From a virus: a DNA stretch of 61,034 nucleotides. A program made the translations under genes and the position numbers. Within the stretch, counting starts at the first letter, position 1; each line of letters opens with the position of its first letter. This document shows positions 1 to 9,464 of this stretch, piece by piece. Where the stretch lies: positions 1-61,034 of the IMG/VR virus record IMGVR_UViG_3300035540_000034. The stretch is one strand, 5' to 3'. Under the pieces are notes generated by a model, which made no database searches, was not told where the DNA came from, and saw only the letters and a program-made list of their open reading frames with translations.

Positions 1-127
1 AAGTTATCTAGTTAAAGAGGAACTGATAGCTGCGGTTGAAGGAAATAAAAGCAGCAAGACTCATTACATAGTCAATCTTGCTCGTACACCTGTACAAAAG
101 CAAGGCCAAGATGGATTGTTTATCCTT
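1..127. repeat. Terminal direct repeat, copy 1 (identical to 60908..61034)
   Basis: First 127 nt read identical to the last 127 nt. This implies a circular or circularly permuted unit of 60,907 bp. Confidence 0.95.
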
Positions 128-2395
128 CAAGGTATCAGGCGTAGAGGATTACATTATGGACTAGAACTATCTTATCCCTCTTACTGGAGTTTAGAGCAAG
201 CTGACTTTGATGGTGATCAAGGGTCCTTGAAAGCTATAAGCCAAAAAGCTTTAATCAAAGGGTTTGGACTAACAGGTGAAAACTTGCAAACAAGGTTAGG
301 TGAAAACCTGAAGGATTACTGGAGAGATGTCCATTTAGATGCTTACTTTGGTAAACCTTTTGCTTTCAAGTGGAGTGATAGTATCCCCAACTCTGACATC
401 CCTGAATTGCAAGCTGTAACAGGTATGGCTATATCTGGCGTAATGTTAGGAAAAGGTTACAGTCGCTTACTTGTTAATAAAAATGTACCTATTACACCTG
501 AAGAAGCTGGTAAGATTGAACCTGAAAACAAAGGTGATGAAGTTGTTGGAGACTATTTTAGTCCTAAAAACAACACCTTTAATATCAGTAATAATATGAA
601 TAAGGTGGTTTTCTTTAACAGCAAGGATGGTAAGATAGACGGTAAAACTCAAGTTTTTGGTGGAGCTAATATGCTTAGCATCAATAGTAAGAATATAGAA
701 GGACAAAATTATGTAGCTTACTATTATGAGGCTGATGGAGACTATTACATCTCTCTTGGTAAAAGTGCTAGTGACGGATATGGTCATCAGATGTTGCTCA
801 CAACTAAGCTTAAGAACGATACTGACCCTTTAAGCAAGAGTAATATTGATAATGCTTTAAATAGAATTGCTAAAGAATCTATCAAAAATGAGTATGATCA
901 GGATAGCCTTGATAAACTCTACAAAACTTTTACCTCTGCTGATATTATAAAGGATGACCAAAAAATTATACACAATCGTAGTTATCGTATGTCAACTATG
1001 AATGGTTTAGTTAACACTATTTACAACACTACTGTTGAACATCAGAAATACTTTGGGAATTACAGAATGTTGAAATTACACAGTAGACCCGACAATAAGA
1101 TGTCTGCTTTCAATATAAGAGAGGATGTTAAAAATGCTTTCCCTCGTTTCTTCATTGCCAAAGATATATCTATTGGTGGTTGGTCTGGTCAAGGTGTAGC
1201 CAAGAACGGTATGTTTAAAGTGGATGTGGAAAATGAGGCACTTCGTAAAAAGGCTACCAGCTATCTGGCTAACAAGAACAGTAAAATAGTAAATTCTATC
1301 ATAGATAAAGTTCTGGACAGTAAAGAGATTACTCTTAGCCAGAGAGACTATGAAGTGTTAACAGCTCCCTTTATGAGTAAGGGTGAGGTAAACTTAGATG
1401 CAGCTCTGGAAGTTATTGATAGAAACAACTTGGATGCAGATAAGTTGCCATTTCCACTTAGTCAGCAAATAAAGTTTTTAACCAAACTCAGAGACAATGA
1501 TGCTTCTGGTTTTAAGAACATACTCAAGGGCATCCTAACCAAGGAAGCTCTTGGTGAACTTGGTGATGTCTATACTCAAGATAGATTCTATTCCTACCCA
1601 GATGAAGCTAATTATCTTACCAATGGAGCTAAATTAGATAGCTTTGTTAATACAATAAGAAGGCTTATCCCTAACGCTTCACTTCGAGGTGCTCTTAGAA
1701 CTTTTGAACAGATGTCTAATATAGGAGTTAATGTTCAAAAACTTGATAAAGCTGAATCTCATGATGAGATAGTAGGAGCCATTCAAGCTGAAGCTGCCAG
1801 AAAGTATGGTGGTGAGTTTGACAATGCTGAGCAGGTTAAGCACTTCTTCAATGAGATGGGCTTAAAGTTTGTTCATGAGACCAGTTTGAAATCACAGCAA
1901 GATATAGTAACAGCTGGACTGAGAGCTGCTGAACTTGCTGATGACAGGGTTGTAGCTGCCAAGATAGCTAAGAATATTATCAAGAACTTTAACTCTAATC
2001 CTGACAAAAATATAGGGACTTGGAAGCTAGTTAACAGCAAAGGTGAGGATGTAAATATTGCTCAACTTGCTGCTAGGCTTGGTAGTATGTTTGGTAAATT
2101 TACTGGCAAGAACAACGAAAATCACTATATGAGAAAAAACCTGCAAGCTACCTTCAGTGCCTTGATAGATAATATGGATAACCTCCAGAAGAATATTCTG
2201 ATACTGAACACGCAAGGGTTGTCCAGAAAAGTAGCCCAAACTATTCGTAATGATATCTCAAATGGTAAGATAGGATCCAGAGGGTTTCAAGCTTTCCATG
2301 AACACATGAACAAACTGATGGGAGTAGAATTGTTAAGTCCAATATCAAAGTCTACCTCAATTATTAACGATAATAAATTTGAACTATTCTGCTAG
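128..2395 (+). CDS. 3' segment (755 codons + TAG) of a 2,923-aa giant virion-module protein continuing from 54531..61034 across the circular junction; carries a beta-prime-like RNA polymerase active-site signature
   Basis: The phase of 54531 and 128 coincide after subtracting 60,907. There is no stop until TAG 2393-2395. ORF-track entry 116..2395 is only an internal-Met tail. Sequence reads NLARTPVQ...QADFDGDQG. Confidence 0.85.
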   Translation, partial: QGIRRRGLHYGLELSYPSYWSLEQADFDGDQGSLKAISQKALIKGFGLTGENLQTRLGENLKDYWRDVHLDAYFGKPFAFKWSDSIPNSDIPELQAVTGMAISGVMLGKGYSRLLVNKNVPITPEEAGKIEPENKGDEVVGDYFSPKNNTFNISNNMNKVVFFNSKDGKIDGKTQVFGGANMLSINSKNIEGQNYVAYYYEADGDYYISLGKSASDGYGHQMLLTTKLKNDTDPLSKSNIDNALNRIAKESIKNEYDQDSLDKLYKTFTSADIIKDDQKIIHNRSYRMSTMNGLVNTIYNTTVEHQKYFGNYRMLKLHSRPDNKMSAFNIREDVKNAFPRFFIAKDISIGGWSGQGVAKNGMFKVDVENEALRKKATSYLANKNSKIVNSIIDKVLDSKEITLSQRDYEVLTAPFMSKGEVNLDAALEVIDRNNLDADKLPFPLSQQIKFLTKLRDNDASGFKNILKGILTKEALGELGDVYTQDRFYSYPDEANYLTNGAKLDSFVNTIRRLIPNASLRGALRTFEQMSNIGVNVQKLDKAESHDEIVGAIQAEAARKYGGEFDNAEQVKHFFNEMGLKFVHETSLKSQQDIVTAGLRAAELADDRVVAAKIAKNIIKNFNSNPDKNIGTWKLVNSKGEDVNIAQLAARLGSMFGKFTGKNNENHYMRKNLQATFSALIDNMDNLQKNILILNTQGLSRKVAQTIRNDISNGKIGSRGFQAFHEHMNKLMGVELLSPISKSTSIINDNKFELFC
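203..217 (+). other. Codons for DFDGD (putative catalytic metal-binding aspartate triad)
   Basis: gac ttt gat ggt gat is in frame with the giant ORF. The context QADFDGDQ matches the invariant NADFDGDQ of multisubunit RNAP beta-prime. Confidence 0.7.
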
Positions 2396-2403
2396 GAGTA
2401 AAT

Positions 2404-5400
2404 ATGTTGTGTCCTGCTAATGTAAGAAAACCAGATAAGATTAAGATAGAGGGTTTCGAGGGAGATTCTCTGGTTGGTAAGCTTAATGACTTAGCTCAGA
2501 TAATGACTTTCATGAAAGATCATCATGGCAATGTCTTTGAAAAGATACATTCTGAAGGTACAGAAGCTAAGCTTACCGAGAGTGTAGAGTCTTACCTGAA
2601 AACACTAACTGACGGTGAAATAGAAAGTGTTAATGATCTGAAGAAGATCTCTCGTGAACGTCAAATTGCAATTGAAAGAGAGTTGGATCTAGCTATAGAT
2701 AAGGTAGCCAGCTATGATGGCTTAGATCTTACTAAGCAAATACAAGATACTGAAAGTGAACACACTAGTAACCTCTATCATCTGATGAGAGCTTTCAAAC
2801 GTAAAGACAACAAGATGTATAAGTTCTTTAATGCTGTCTTACCTAAGACCTTAAAAGGCTTCTTCCACTACAATATTCAAAGACAATTTGAACAGATACC
2901 CCCTATGAAAGAAGCGTATGCTGATTACCTTACCCATAAAGATTACTCAGAAGGTAGAGCTGCTACCTTAGATAACCAGTTAAGGAAGTTAGCCAAGGTA
3001 GCTTATAAGGCTGCTAAGATAAAGGTTTCCTTTGCAGAGTTTAACTCTATGGTCAGAAAGGTAGATGTTGAATCAGGTAAGATAGATCCTGACGTGATGA
3101 TGAGGATCAAAGATGTTCTTAATGCTGAGAACAACAATGATGCTTCTGTACAGAATGTTGTTAGTAACTTACTTCGTTACCGTAGAAGCTTCAATAAAAT
3201 AAATTATGGATATGAAACTTGGGACGAAGTCAAGCAACATGTTGACAACTATCGTAAACAAAACCCTGAAGCCAGCAAAGAACTTACAGACAACCAGATA
3301 GCTCTCAAGTTAGCTCCTGAGAACTCTATTCTAGCATTCTATCGTAATTCAATAAACTCTTTTAAGCGACTAAGAAAAGGTGCTGAGAATAGCGATCCTG
3401 TTTTTGGACAGGAACTGGATACCTTTGAAAGGATAATAGATAACTTCTCACCGGCTAAAGATTACCTGCCAACTAAAAAGATGGATGATGACTCTATAAG
3501 TATTATGGCTGAGAGTCTTCAGGATAAAGGTCTTCCCGGTGCTCCTAGTTTTCTTAAGCATAAGCGAAGCAATGTCGATGACGGGGATGTTCTGGATATT
3601 GCCAGACACAACATCGGTTACTTTAATTATGTAGCCAGACAGATGAGTTTAGCTGCACTTGTTAACAAAGCTAAAGCAACTACAGACATGATGGAATCTT
3701 CTACCTTGTGGATGAAAGGAAGCAAAGGTAAAACTGTTAGTGGTGCTTATGTAGCTATGAAAGACTGGATCTATGGCATGGAGAGGGTGCTTAAGAACGA
3801 CTTTCGTAAAGCAGAATCTTCTATCGAGAAAACGTTAAGGAATACTGTAAACACGGTAAACCTTATCCCTGCTCTTATGATGGCTTCGCCCTCAACAGGT
3901 GTCTCCAACTTAGCTGGTGGTTTCTTACAGCTCTCCAGTAAAATGGGACTCAAGGGGGCAATGGATTATTTTAAAAACAATAAACGTTACCGTAATGAAG
4001 ACTCAGAATTGTATGGTGTAGCTGATAAGTTTGCTCAACAGTATATAACGGGACTAGGTAAACCACAGGAATTTCAAGTATTTAAAGACGATAATGAACC
4101 TAGCTCTACTTATGGCTTACCAAAGAAGATCACCTTAGAGAATGCTTCTAAGATGGGTCGAGATGCTGCTAACAAGATAGCTGACTTCTCTACTAGAACA
4201 GGTTTATTAAGGATATTAAGTTTGCAGTCAACAGAGGGAATGTTACGTGCCCCAGTTGCTGGTAAGTTATATGAAACTATGCGTGACAAGATAGCTTTAT
4301 CTCCTCAGAGATATAAAAACTCTGATGGTAGCTATAACAAGAAAGCTTTACAAAACTTAGCAAGAGAATCTTCTACTAATGCTCTTTATGAAATGAATAG
4401 AGCCCTTGGCAACTTTGACCAAACTAACAAACCTATATGGACATGGGCTTTAGACAAAGGTCTGATTGGAGGAGATGATACCAATGCTGCTCAAAGAATG
4501 GCTATGCAAATGTTGGGAGCAGGAGCCAAGTTATGGTATATGTTCAGGATGGTAACTGAAACTAACTTTGGCTTGTTTACTGACAGTCTTGTCAAGATGA
4601 GCAAGTATAGTCAAAAGCGTTCTTCTATAAAAAGTTTGAGCAGAAACCATGTATCAGGAGCAGGGTTTGGTCTTTTCATACCAGCTGCTATCGCTATAGC
4701 TAACTTTGCTTTTGATAAAGATGAAGATTCCCTGCAAACAGGATTATTAAAATCTACTGATATGCTTGATGGTGTAAGCGGAGCAGCTAAACTATTATAC
4801 GGTATGGCTCCCTTAGTATCTGATATGAAAATACCTGAAGCTGAGTTTGCCGATGTGTGGCGTGATAATATGCGTTGGGCTACCGGTGTTTTAGGTGGAT
4901 ACAGTGTTATGGATATTGCTGATGGTATAGCCACCGAAGGCGGTAAAGCTCTTGCTAGCAAAGATTTTAAACAGAATGTTTTACGCTTTGCTTTCCAACA
5001 TACACTACCATACAACCTATATAGAATGGGTACCTTTGGTGTAGAAACTGTTAAGAAACTGGGCTATAAAGTAGATGAAGATATAGATACGGTCGGTATG
5101 ACTCGTAAGGAAGCAGAACAAGCTCTGTTTTACGGAGCTAGAAGTAATGCAGCTAAAGCTTCCAGAGAACTCAGGGAGTCATTAGGAGACTTATCAAAGA
5201 TAGATTATTTATCATTTATCGAGAAGTTTGGAGAAGCCTTCTTTTATAGAGCTGACACTGAAATGGGAAAACATGGGTTAGCAATGTATAAGGCTGATAA
5301 GGCTGAGTCTGTTATAAATGGACTCTTTCGCCTCAACATTTACAACCATCCTAATCTCTATCATCTAACTCCTATGGCTAAATATGAGAAACAACAAGCT

Positions 5401-5505
5401 GCAACAGCTTTTAGTGAGATCTACAGGAACTACGATGATGAGCTAACAGTGGACAGCATGGGGAACTTACTCCGACAAATTACTAAATATGGAAGGATAT
5501 ACTAA
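2404..5505 (+). CDS. Large (1,033 aa) virion or ejection protein; helical N-half and hydrophobic Gly/Ala-rich segments (internal cargo or tape-measure-like)
   Basis: ATG lies 8 nt after AGGAG and directly follows the giant ORF. Segments such as GAGFGLFIPAAIAIANFAF look membrane-active. No catalytic motif recognised. Confidence 0.55.
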   Translation: MLCPANVRKPDKIKIEGFEGDSLVGKLNDLAQIMTFMKDHHGNVFEKIHSEGTEAKLTESVESYLKTLTDGEIESVNDLKKISRERQIAIERELDLAIDKVASYDGLDLTKQIQDTESEHTSNLYHLMRAFKRKDNKMYKFFNAVLPKTLKGFFHYNIQRQFEQIPPMKEAYADYLTHKDYSEGRAATLDNQLRKLAKVAYKAAKIKVSFAEFNSMVRKVDVESGKIDPDVMMRIKDVLNAENNNDASVQNVVSNLLRYRRSFNKINYGYETWDEVKQHVDNYRKQNPEASKELTDNQIALKLAPENSILAFYRNSINSFKRLRKGAENSDPVFGQELDTFERIIDNFSPAKDYLPTKKMDDDSISIMAESLQDKGLPGAPSFLKHKRSNVDDGDVLDIARHNIGYFNYVARQMSLAALVNKAKATTDMMESSTLWMKGSKGKTVSGAYVAMKDWIYGMERVLKNDFRKAESSIEKTLRNTVNTVNLIPALMMASPSTGVSNLAGGFLQLSSKMGLKGAMDYFKNNKRYRNEDSELYGVADKFAQQYITGLGKPQEFQVFKDDNEPSSTYGLPKKITLENASKMGRDAANKIADFSTRTGLLRILSLQSTEGMLRAPVAGKLYETMRDKIALSPQRYKNSDGSYNKKALQNLARESSTNALYEMNRALGNFDQTNKPIWTWALDKGLIGGDDTNAAQRMAMQMLGAGAKLWYMFRMVTETNFGLFTDSLVKMSKYSQKRSSIKSLSRNHVSGAGFGLFIPAAIAIANFAFDKDEDSLQTGLLKSTDMLDGVSGAAKLLYGMAPLVSDMKIPEAEFADVWRDNMRWATGVLGGYSVMDIADGIATEGGKALASKDFKQNVLRFAFQHTLPYNLYRMGTFGVETVKKLGYKVDEDIDTVGMTRKEAEQALFYGARSNAAKASRELRESLGDLSKIDYLSFIEKFGEAFFYRADTEMGKHGLAMYKADKAESVINGLFRLNIYNHPNLYHLTPMAKYEKQQAATAFSEIYRNYDDELTVDSMGNLLRQITKYGRIY

Positions 5506-5507
5506 GG

Positions 5508-5729
5508 ATGAAGATTGTAAAGTATCAAGAACACATGAACGACATTTACATGTTTATTCAAAACAAAGTCCATGCTGGTGTTAGCTGTGAAGATATAGCT
5601 AACCAAGTAATGGAGAAATTTTCACCCCAAGTATTTCTTCAAGTTAAACCAGGTGAGTTAAGAACTTTTATGTTATGCTTAGCACAGCAAGCTTATCTGA
5701 TTATCAATAAGGAATACGAGGTAGAGTAA
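5508..5729 (+). CDS. Hypothetical small protein (73 aa)
   Basis: Tightly packed ORF; its stop overlaps the next start (TAATG). Confidence 0.55.
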   Translation: MKIVKYQEHMNDIYMFIQNKVHAGVSCEDIANQVMEKFSPQVFLQVKPGELRTFMLCLAQQAYLIINKEYEVE

Positions 5730-6094
5730 TGGAAAAGAAAATTGCAGAACTAGAGATCAAACAAAAGTACACAGATGATGGCATACGAGAGATGAAAGAA
5801 GACTTAAAGAAACTCACACTCAAAATAGATCAAGTCATTGACATGATCAGACAAGAAGCAAGCTACCGTAGAGAAGATATGAACTCTTTAGAAAACAAGC
5901 TTCGGGAAGAGTTTGTAGAAAAAGAGCATTTTGAACAGCATTTCAGAGAATGTCTTAACAAGCATATTGACCGCGAGTTTTCCGTTGAACGCAGCAAGAA
6001 CTACAAAATTAATACTATTATGAGCGTTGCTTGGAAAATAGCTATGTTTGCCGGTATAGGTTATTCGGTGTATGCAAGTGCAATTGGAGGTTAG
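5729..6094 (+). CDS. Coiled-coil protein with C-terminal transmembrane helix (lysis-cassette candidate)
   Basis: Charged heptad-like N-part, then IMSVAWKIAMFAGIGYSVYASAIGG at the C-terminus. Lies upstream of the holin-like and endolysin genes. Confidence 0.5.
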   Translation: MEKKIAELEIKQKYTDDGIREMKEDLKKLTLKIDQVIDMIRQEASYRREDMNSLENKLREEFVEKEHFEQHFRECLNKHIDREFSVERSKNYKINTIMSVAWKIAMFAGIGYSVYASAIGG

Positions 6095-6096
6095 CT

Positions 6097-6306
6097 ATGA
6101 GCAAGATAAAATTTGACATTAACGTAACTCTAAGTAAGTTATTAGGGTATATCATCGTCCTTACAGGCATTGCCTTTGCTGTTGCCATTAAAGACCCTAG
6201 TGTTTTTATAGCAGCTGCTGGTATAGGTGGTAGCTTAGTAGGAGTTAAAACAGTAGTACAGGATCTTAAAACTAAAAATATGACTCTAAAGACTAAAGCT
6301 AAATGA
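6097..6306 (+). CDS. Small two-TM membrane protein, holin candidate (69 aa)
   Basis: ATG 6097 lies 7 nt after GGAGG; the ORF-track start 6031 is an upstream extension. Two hydrophobic helices and a basic C-tail. Confidence 0.5.
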   Translation: MSKIKFDINVTLSKLLGYIIVLTGIAFAVAIKDPSVFIAAAGIGGSLVGVKTVVQDLKTKNMTLKTKAK

Positions 6307-6860
6307 TTTTCAAAATACTCAAATTCATCATAGCTATTGCTATTATCTTCTTAGCAGGCATAACTGTTTATAATTTTATCAGAAGTTCTAAATCAGATCT
6401 CTCAGAAGAGATCTTGGAAGAGATAACAATAGATACTCTAGAAACTGTTACTCTTTATGACACAGTTTATTTCCCTGCTCAGAGAGACACTTTTATATTT
6501 TCTTCTATAATAGATACAGTCACTATTGTTGATACACATTATGTATACAAGACTGCTTATGTTAACCCTGACTTAAGTCTAGGTGATTCTGTCAGTGTGA
6601 ACTTTGAATGTTCTTATGACATTCTGGAAGATCAGTTTAACTTCTGGAACCTGACAGTGAAATACCCTAAGACTGAACTAATAAGATATCGCAATCATAA
6701 ACCTAAACTATTACAAGCAACTATCTATGCTGGACTCTTAGCAGGCCAAGACTATAATGGCTTGTTTGGCATAGGAGTAACGGTGAGAGAAAAGGTCAGA
6801 ATTATACCAACACTTTCTTCTTGTGGTAGAGCTGGCCTTGTTCTAGGATGGAGTTTTTAA
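6303..6860 (+). CDS. N-terminally membrane-anchored protein (185 aa), lysis-cassette associated
   Basis: N-terminal helix FIIAIAIIFLAGITVYNFI. Start overlaps the previous stop (ATGA). Confidence 0.5.
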   Translation: MIFKILKFIIAIAIIFLAGITVYNFIRSSKSDLSEEILEEITIDTLETVTLYDTVYFPAQRDTFIFSSIIDTVTIVDTHYVYKTAYVNPDLSLGDSVSVNFECSYDILEDQFNFWNLTVKYPKTELIRYRNHKPKLLQATIYAGLLAGQDYNGLFGIGVTVREKVRIIPTLSSCGRAGLVLGWSF

Positions 6861-7325
6861 GTGTACCATTGTGAATACTTTGCAGACTACGAGATATTAC
6901 CCAAAGAGAACTACACTACATTAGTACAGAATAAGTTTGCTATCTTCGATGATAGAACTTTAAAGATGATAGATTTTATCAGAAAACATATAGGCCCAGC
7001 TATTATCAATACTTGGAATATGTCTAGGTATATAGAGCTTATGGGCTATATACAATATGCAGGTTACCGGCCAATGGACTGTGAGGAAGGGGCAGCCTTC
7101 AGTCAACATAAATTTGGTCGTGCCTTTGATATCAAGTTTCCACACTTAAATAGCTTAAGTCGTGAAGCGAAAGTGAGAGAATACGATTCTATACGTGGGT
7201 GGTTAGCTATGAATAAGAACAATTATCCTGAACTGAGAGAAGCTCTAAGAGGGCTTGAATACGGGATCACATGGTTACATGTAGATACCCGCAACAGTGA
7301 TCGGATTATTAAAATAACCCCATAG
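6861..7325 (+). CDS. Peptidase M15-type zinc cell-wall peptidase, endolysin candidate
   Basis: SQHKFGRAFDI (H..G.A.D) and WLHVDTR motifs are typical of M15 D-Ala-D-Ala / L-Ala-D-Glu peptidases. GTG start. Confidence 0.65.
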   Translation: MYHCEYFADYEILPKENYTTLVQNKFAIFDDRTLKMIDFIRKHIGPAIINTWNMSRYIELMGYIQYAGYRPMDCEEGAAFSQHKFGRAFDIKFPHLNSLSREAKVREYDSIRGWLAMNKNNYPELREALRGLEYGITWLHVDTRNSDRIIKITP

Positions 7326-7334
7326 GAGGAATCA

Positions 7335-7592
7335 ATGGAAAACGAACAGATGATGCAAGGCGGTGGACAGATACCACAAGAAATTCAACAGGCTATCTCA
7401 CAAATACCCCCAGAGGTACTGTACTACCTATTGATCATGTTTCTGAACACTAAACCCGAAGAGCTTAAACAACTGCTTTCTCAACTTCAACAGCAAATTG
7501 AAGGAGGCGGACAGCAGTCTCCACAACAGCAACCCGGACAAGAACCTGTACCAGAAGACGCTAACTCTGGCCAGTCAAATCTATACGCGTAA
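7335..7592 (+). CDS. Gln/Pro-rich hypothetical protein (85 aa)
   Basis: GGAGG lies 5 nt upstream of the ATG. Low-complexity Q-rich ends. Confidence 0.55.
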   Translation: MENEQMMQGGGQIPQEIQQAISQIPPEVLYYLLIMFLNTKPEELKQLLSQLQQQIEGGGQQSPQQQPGQEPVPEDANSGQSNLYA

Positions 7593-7619
7593 AATTTACA
7601 AGAAAGAAGGTTGGAAATA

Positions 7620-8069
7620 ATGGCAGATACTGAAATTCAAATTGTAGAAGGTGTGAATTTAGAAGATCTTAACAGAAAGAACTTCTCATTGAAGAATGAA
7701 TACATGTCAAACTTATTGTCAACAGCATTCTTGGTTTTACCTAATGTTTACTCTGCGGTTAAAAGAGAACTGCAAGTTACTAAAGGTTTTATATCCGGTG
7801 CTTCAGTAAGAGATTATCCTGAAAGTTACAGACACATAATGAGTAGATACACTAAAGGTCTATCTCTCGAAGTAACTTGGAGTCCTTGGTTAAACGATGA
7901 AGCTGTACAGGCAGCCTACAACATCTTTAACCAGATTAAAGGCAATCCTGAAGAGAATGTTATGATCGTGATCAATAAGGATAAAGGTAGGTTAGCTTGT
8001 CATCGTGATGGAAAGAAAACACAAATAGTTGAAATAAGTGGTAAACAAAAACGAGTGTTAAAAGAATGA
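7620..8069 (+). CDS. Hypothetical protein (149 aa), last gene of the plus-strand block
   Basis: ATG 7620 is preferred over the TTG 7611 of the ORF track. Followed by the bidirectional terminator. Confidence 0.6.
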   Translation: MADTEIQIVEGVNLEDLNRKNFSLKNEYMSNLLSTAFLVLPNVYSAVKRELQVTKGFISGASVRDYPESYRHIMSRYTKGLSLEVTWSPWLNDEAVQAAYNIFNQIKGNPEENVMIVINKDKGRLACHRDGKKTQIVEISGKQKRVLKE

Positions 8070-8070
8070 T

Positions 8071-8104
8071 AAAAAGAAGGGAGGCATTTCGCCTCCCTCT
8101 TTTC
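8071..8104. terminator. Bidirectional rho-independent terminator at the convergence of the two gene blocks
   Basis: GGGAGGC (8079-8085), loop ATTTC, GCCTCCC (8091-8097). An A-run lies upstream and a T-run downstream. Confidence 0.8.
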
Positions 8105-8105
8105 A

Positions 8106-8660
8106 TCATGCAGCACTGAGTAGCTGTTTTAGTTTGTCGATAACTTTAGAGGCTTCCTTATACTTTTCCACCTCTTTTTTCAAATCTTCCACTTCCTTTT
8201 CGAGCTTGCGAACAGAATTCTTAACAGCGAATTCTTCCCAGCCCTGTTCAACTTTTGTGTTTTTAGGATTAGATTTTTTCTGCTTGTTAGAAACTGTTTT
8301 GATCTTCTGAATCCTTGTTAAGGCCTTAGATTCAGACTCTCTAAACTGTTCTATAATATCGTTAATCTCAGAGATTGTCAAAGATTTTGGTATATGAAAC
8401 CTAATTCTAAATAACAAATCTTCAAGAGCTTCTGCTCCTACCACGATCATCCTTTTAGGATTACCAACTGGGTGTCGTCCTGCATTCCTGATAAAGATTG
8501 TTTTAATCCCAGGTATTTTGTAAGCAAAGGTCAGTGTGCTTTTAGTTTTTGCTTCTTCTGTCCCTATAGCTTTCAGGATATCTTTAATAACCAAAGCTCC
8601 CTGTTGATTGTTAAACAAGATAGGCTGAATAGCTTTGTTCTTAATTCGTACACTTAACAT
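8106..8660 (-). CDS. Hypothetical protein with C-terminal coiled coil (184 aa)
   Basis: AGGAGG upstream of the ATG. Last gene of the minus-strand block. Confidence 0.6.
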   Translation of the reverse strand: MLSVRIKNKAIQPILFNNQQGALVIKDILKAIGTEEAKTKSTLTFAYKIPGIKTIFIRNAGRHPVGNPKRMIVVGAEALEDLLFRIRFHIPKSLTISEINDIIEQFRESESKALTRIQKIKTVSNKQKKSNPKNTKVEQGWEEFAVKNSVRKLEKEVEDLKKEVEKYKEASKVIDKLKQLLSAA

Positions 8661-8668
8661 TGTGCCTC

Positions 8669-9154
8669 CTATAATACTTCTTCTTCTTTTACAAATACTG
8701 TGTCTGCGCAGTAATTGTATTTACGAAGAAGATTTTTAATTTCCAAGCTTAATTGTTTACGCCCTTCTATATCTATGGCAGTAGGACTCTTTACATTTAC
8801 CTGTATATTGTAAACGCCTTCATACTTAGCACCTAATTTACGGTAGAGGTAAGCTGCTATAAGTTCTGCATCTTCTTGTAAGACACCGGATAATATAACA
8901 TTACCAAACTTGATATAGAAAAGACCTTCAGACTCTTCTAGTTTAAGTTTATCTTTTAGTATCTTAAGTGCTTTTCTATAGTTCTGTTTTTGTGTGAAGA
9001 AGTGAGAAAGCGTTCTTGTTAATCTTTGATGGTAATTTGTTTGCCCATGTCTTCTGAACAAATTCGGATCTTTGATCCAAATAGGAGCTATTGCTGGGTT
9101 GTTACCATACTTCTTGATAAACTTTTTCACCTTTAAATCGAAACTATTATTCAT
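8669..9154 (-). CDS. Hypothetical protein (161 aa)
   Basis: Long ORF in operon register; no motif recognised. Confidence 0.6.
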   Translation of the reverse strand: MNNSFDLKVKKFIKKYGNNPAIAPIWIKDPNLFRRHGQTNYHQRLTRTLSHFFTQKQNYRKALKILKDKLKLEESEGLFYIKFGNVILSGVLQEDAELIAAYLYRKLGAKYEGVYNIQVNVKSPTAIDIEGRKQLSLEIKNLLRKYNYCADTVFVKEEEVL

Positions 9155-9172
9155 GCTTAATCCCTTTCTATT

Positions 9173-9460
9173 TTAATTTCTTTCTATATGCCATTCTGCA
9201 AAGTCTGGAGTAAACACTTCACAACGTTGACCGTTTCTTATGAAGTAGAATCCAACACTGTCGACTCTGCATGTATGGATACCATGGAAGATAAGAGCAT
9301 CTTTAACAAGTTCTTTTGAATCTGCTATTGCCATAGTATCTGAATAGCTGAGAGTTCTGACTGTTTGATTTGTACTCGTACTAACTAACAAGAATATAAA
9401 CAAGACAAAAGCTAATATTACCGCTACGAGTAAGAATGTGCTAACTTGTTCTTGATACAT
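9173..9460 (-). CDS. Small membrane-anchored protein (95 aa)
   Basis: N-terminal helix FLLVAVILAFVLFIFLLV. Confidence 0.6.
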   Translation of the reverse strand: MYQEQVSTFLLVAVILAFVLFIFLLVSTSTNQTVRTLSYSDTMAIADSKELVKDALIFHGIHTCRVDSVGFYFIRNGQRCEVFTPDFAEWHIERN

Positions 9461-9464
9461 AAAT

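Noticed and set aside
1-127. Terminal repeat as a genuine phage direct terminal repeat (DTR)
   Set aside because: It is exact, has a length typical of an assembler k-mer overlap, and lies inside an ORF with phase preserved. Assembly closure of a circular or permuted genome is the simpler reading, though true termini cannot be determined from sequence alone.
2404-5505. Calling the 1,033-aa protein a tape measure protein
   Set aside because: Its length and helical/hydrophobic character are compatible. However, no tail tube, sheath or chaperone-frameshift genes accompany it, and it follows the RNAP-like cargo gene. Left as a generic ejection/virion protein.
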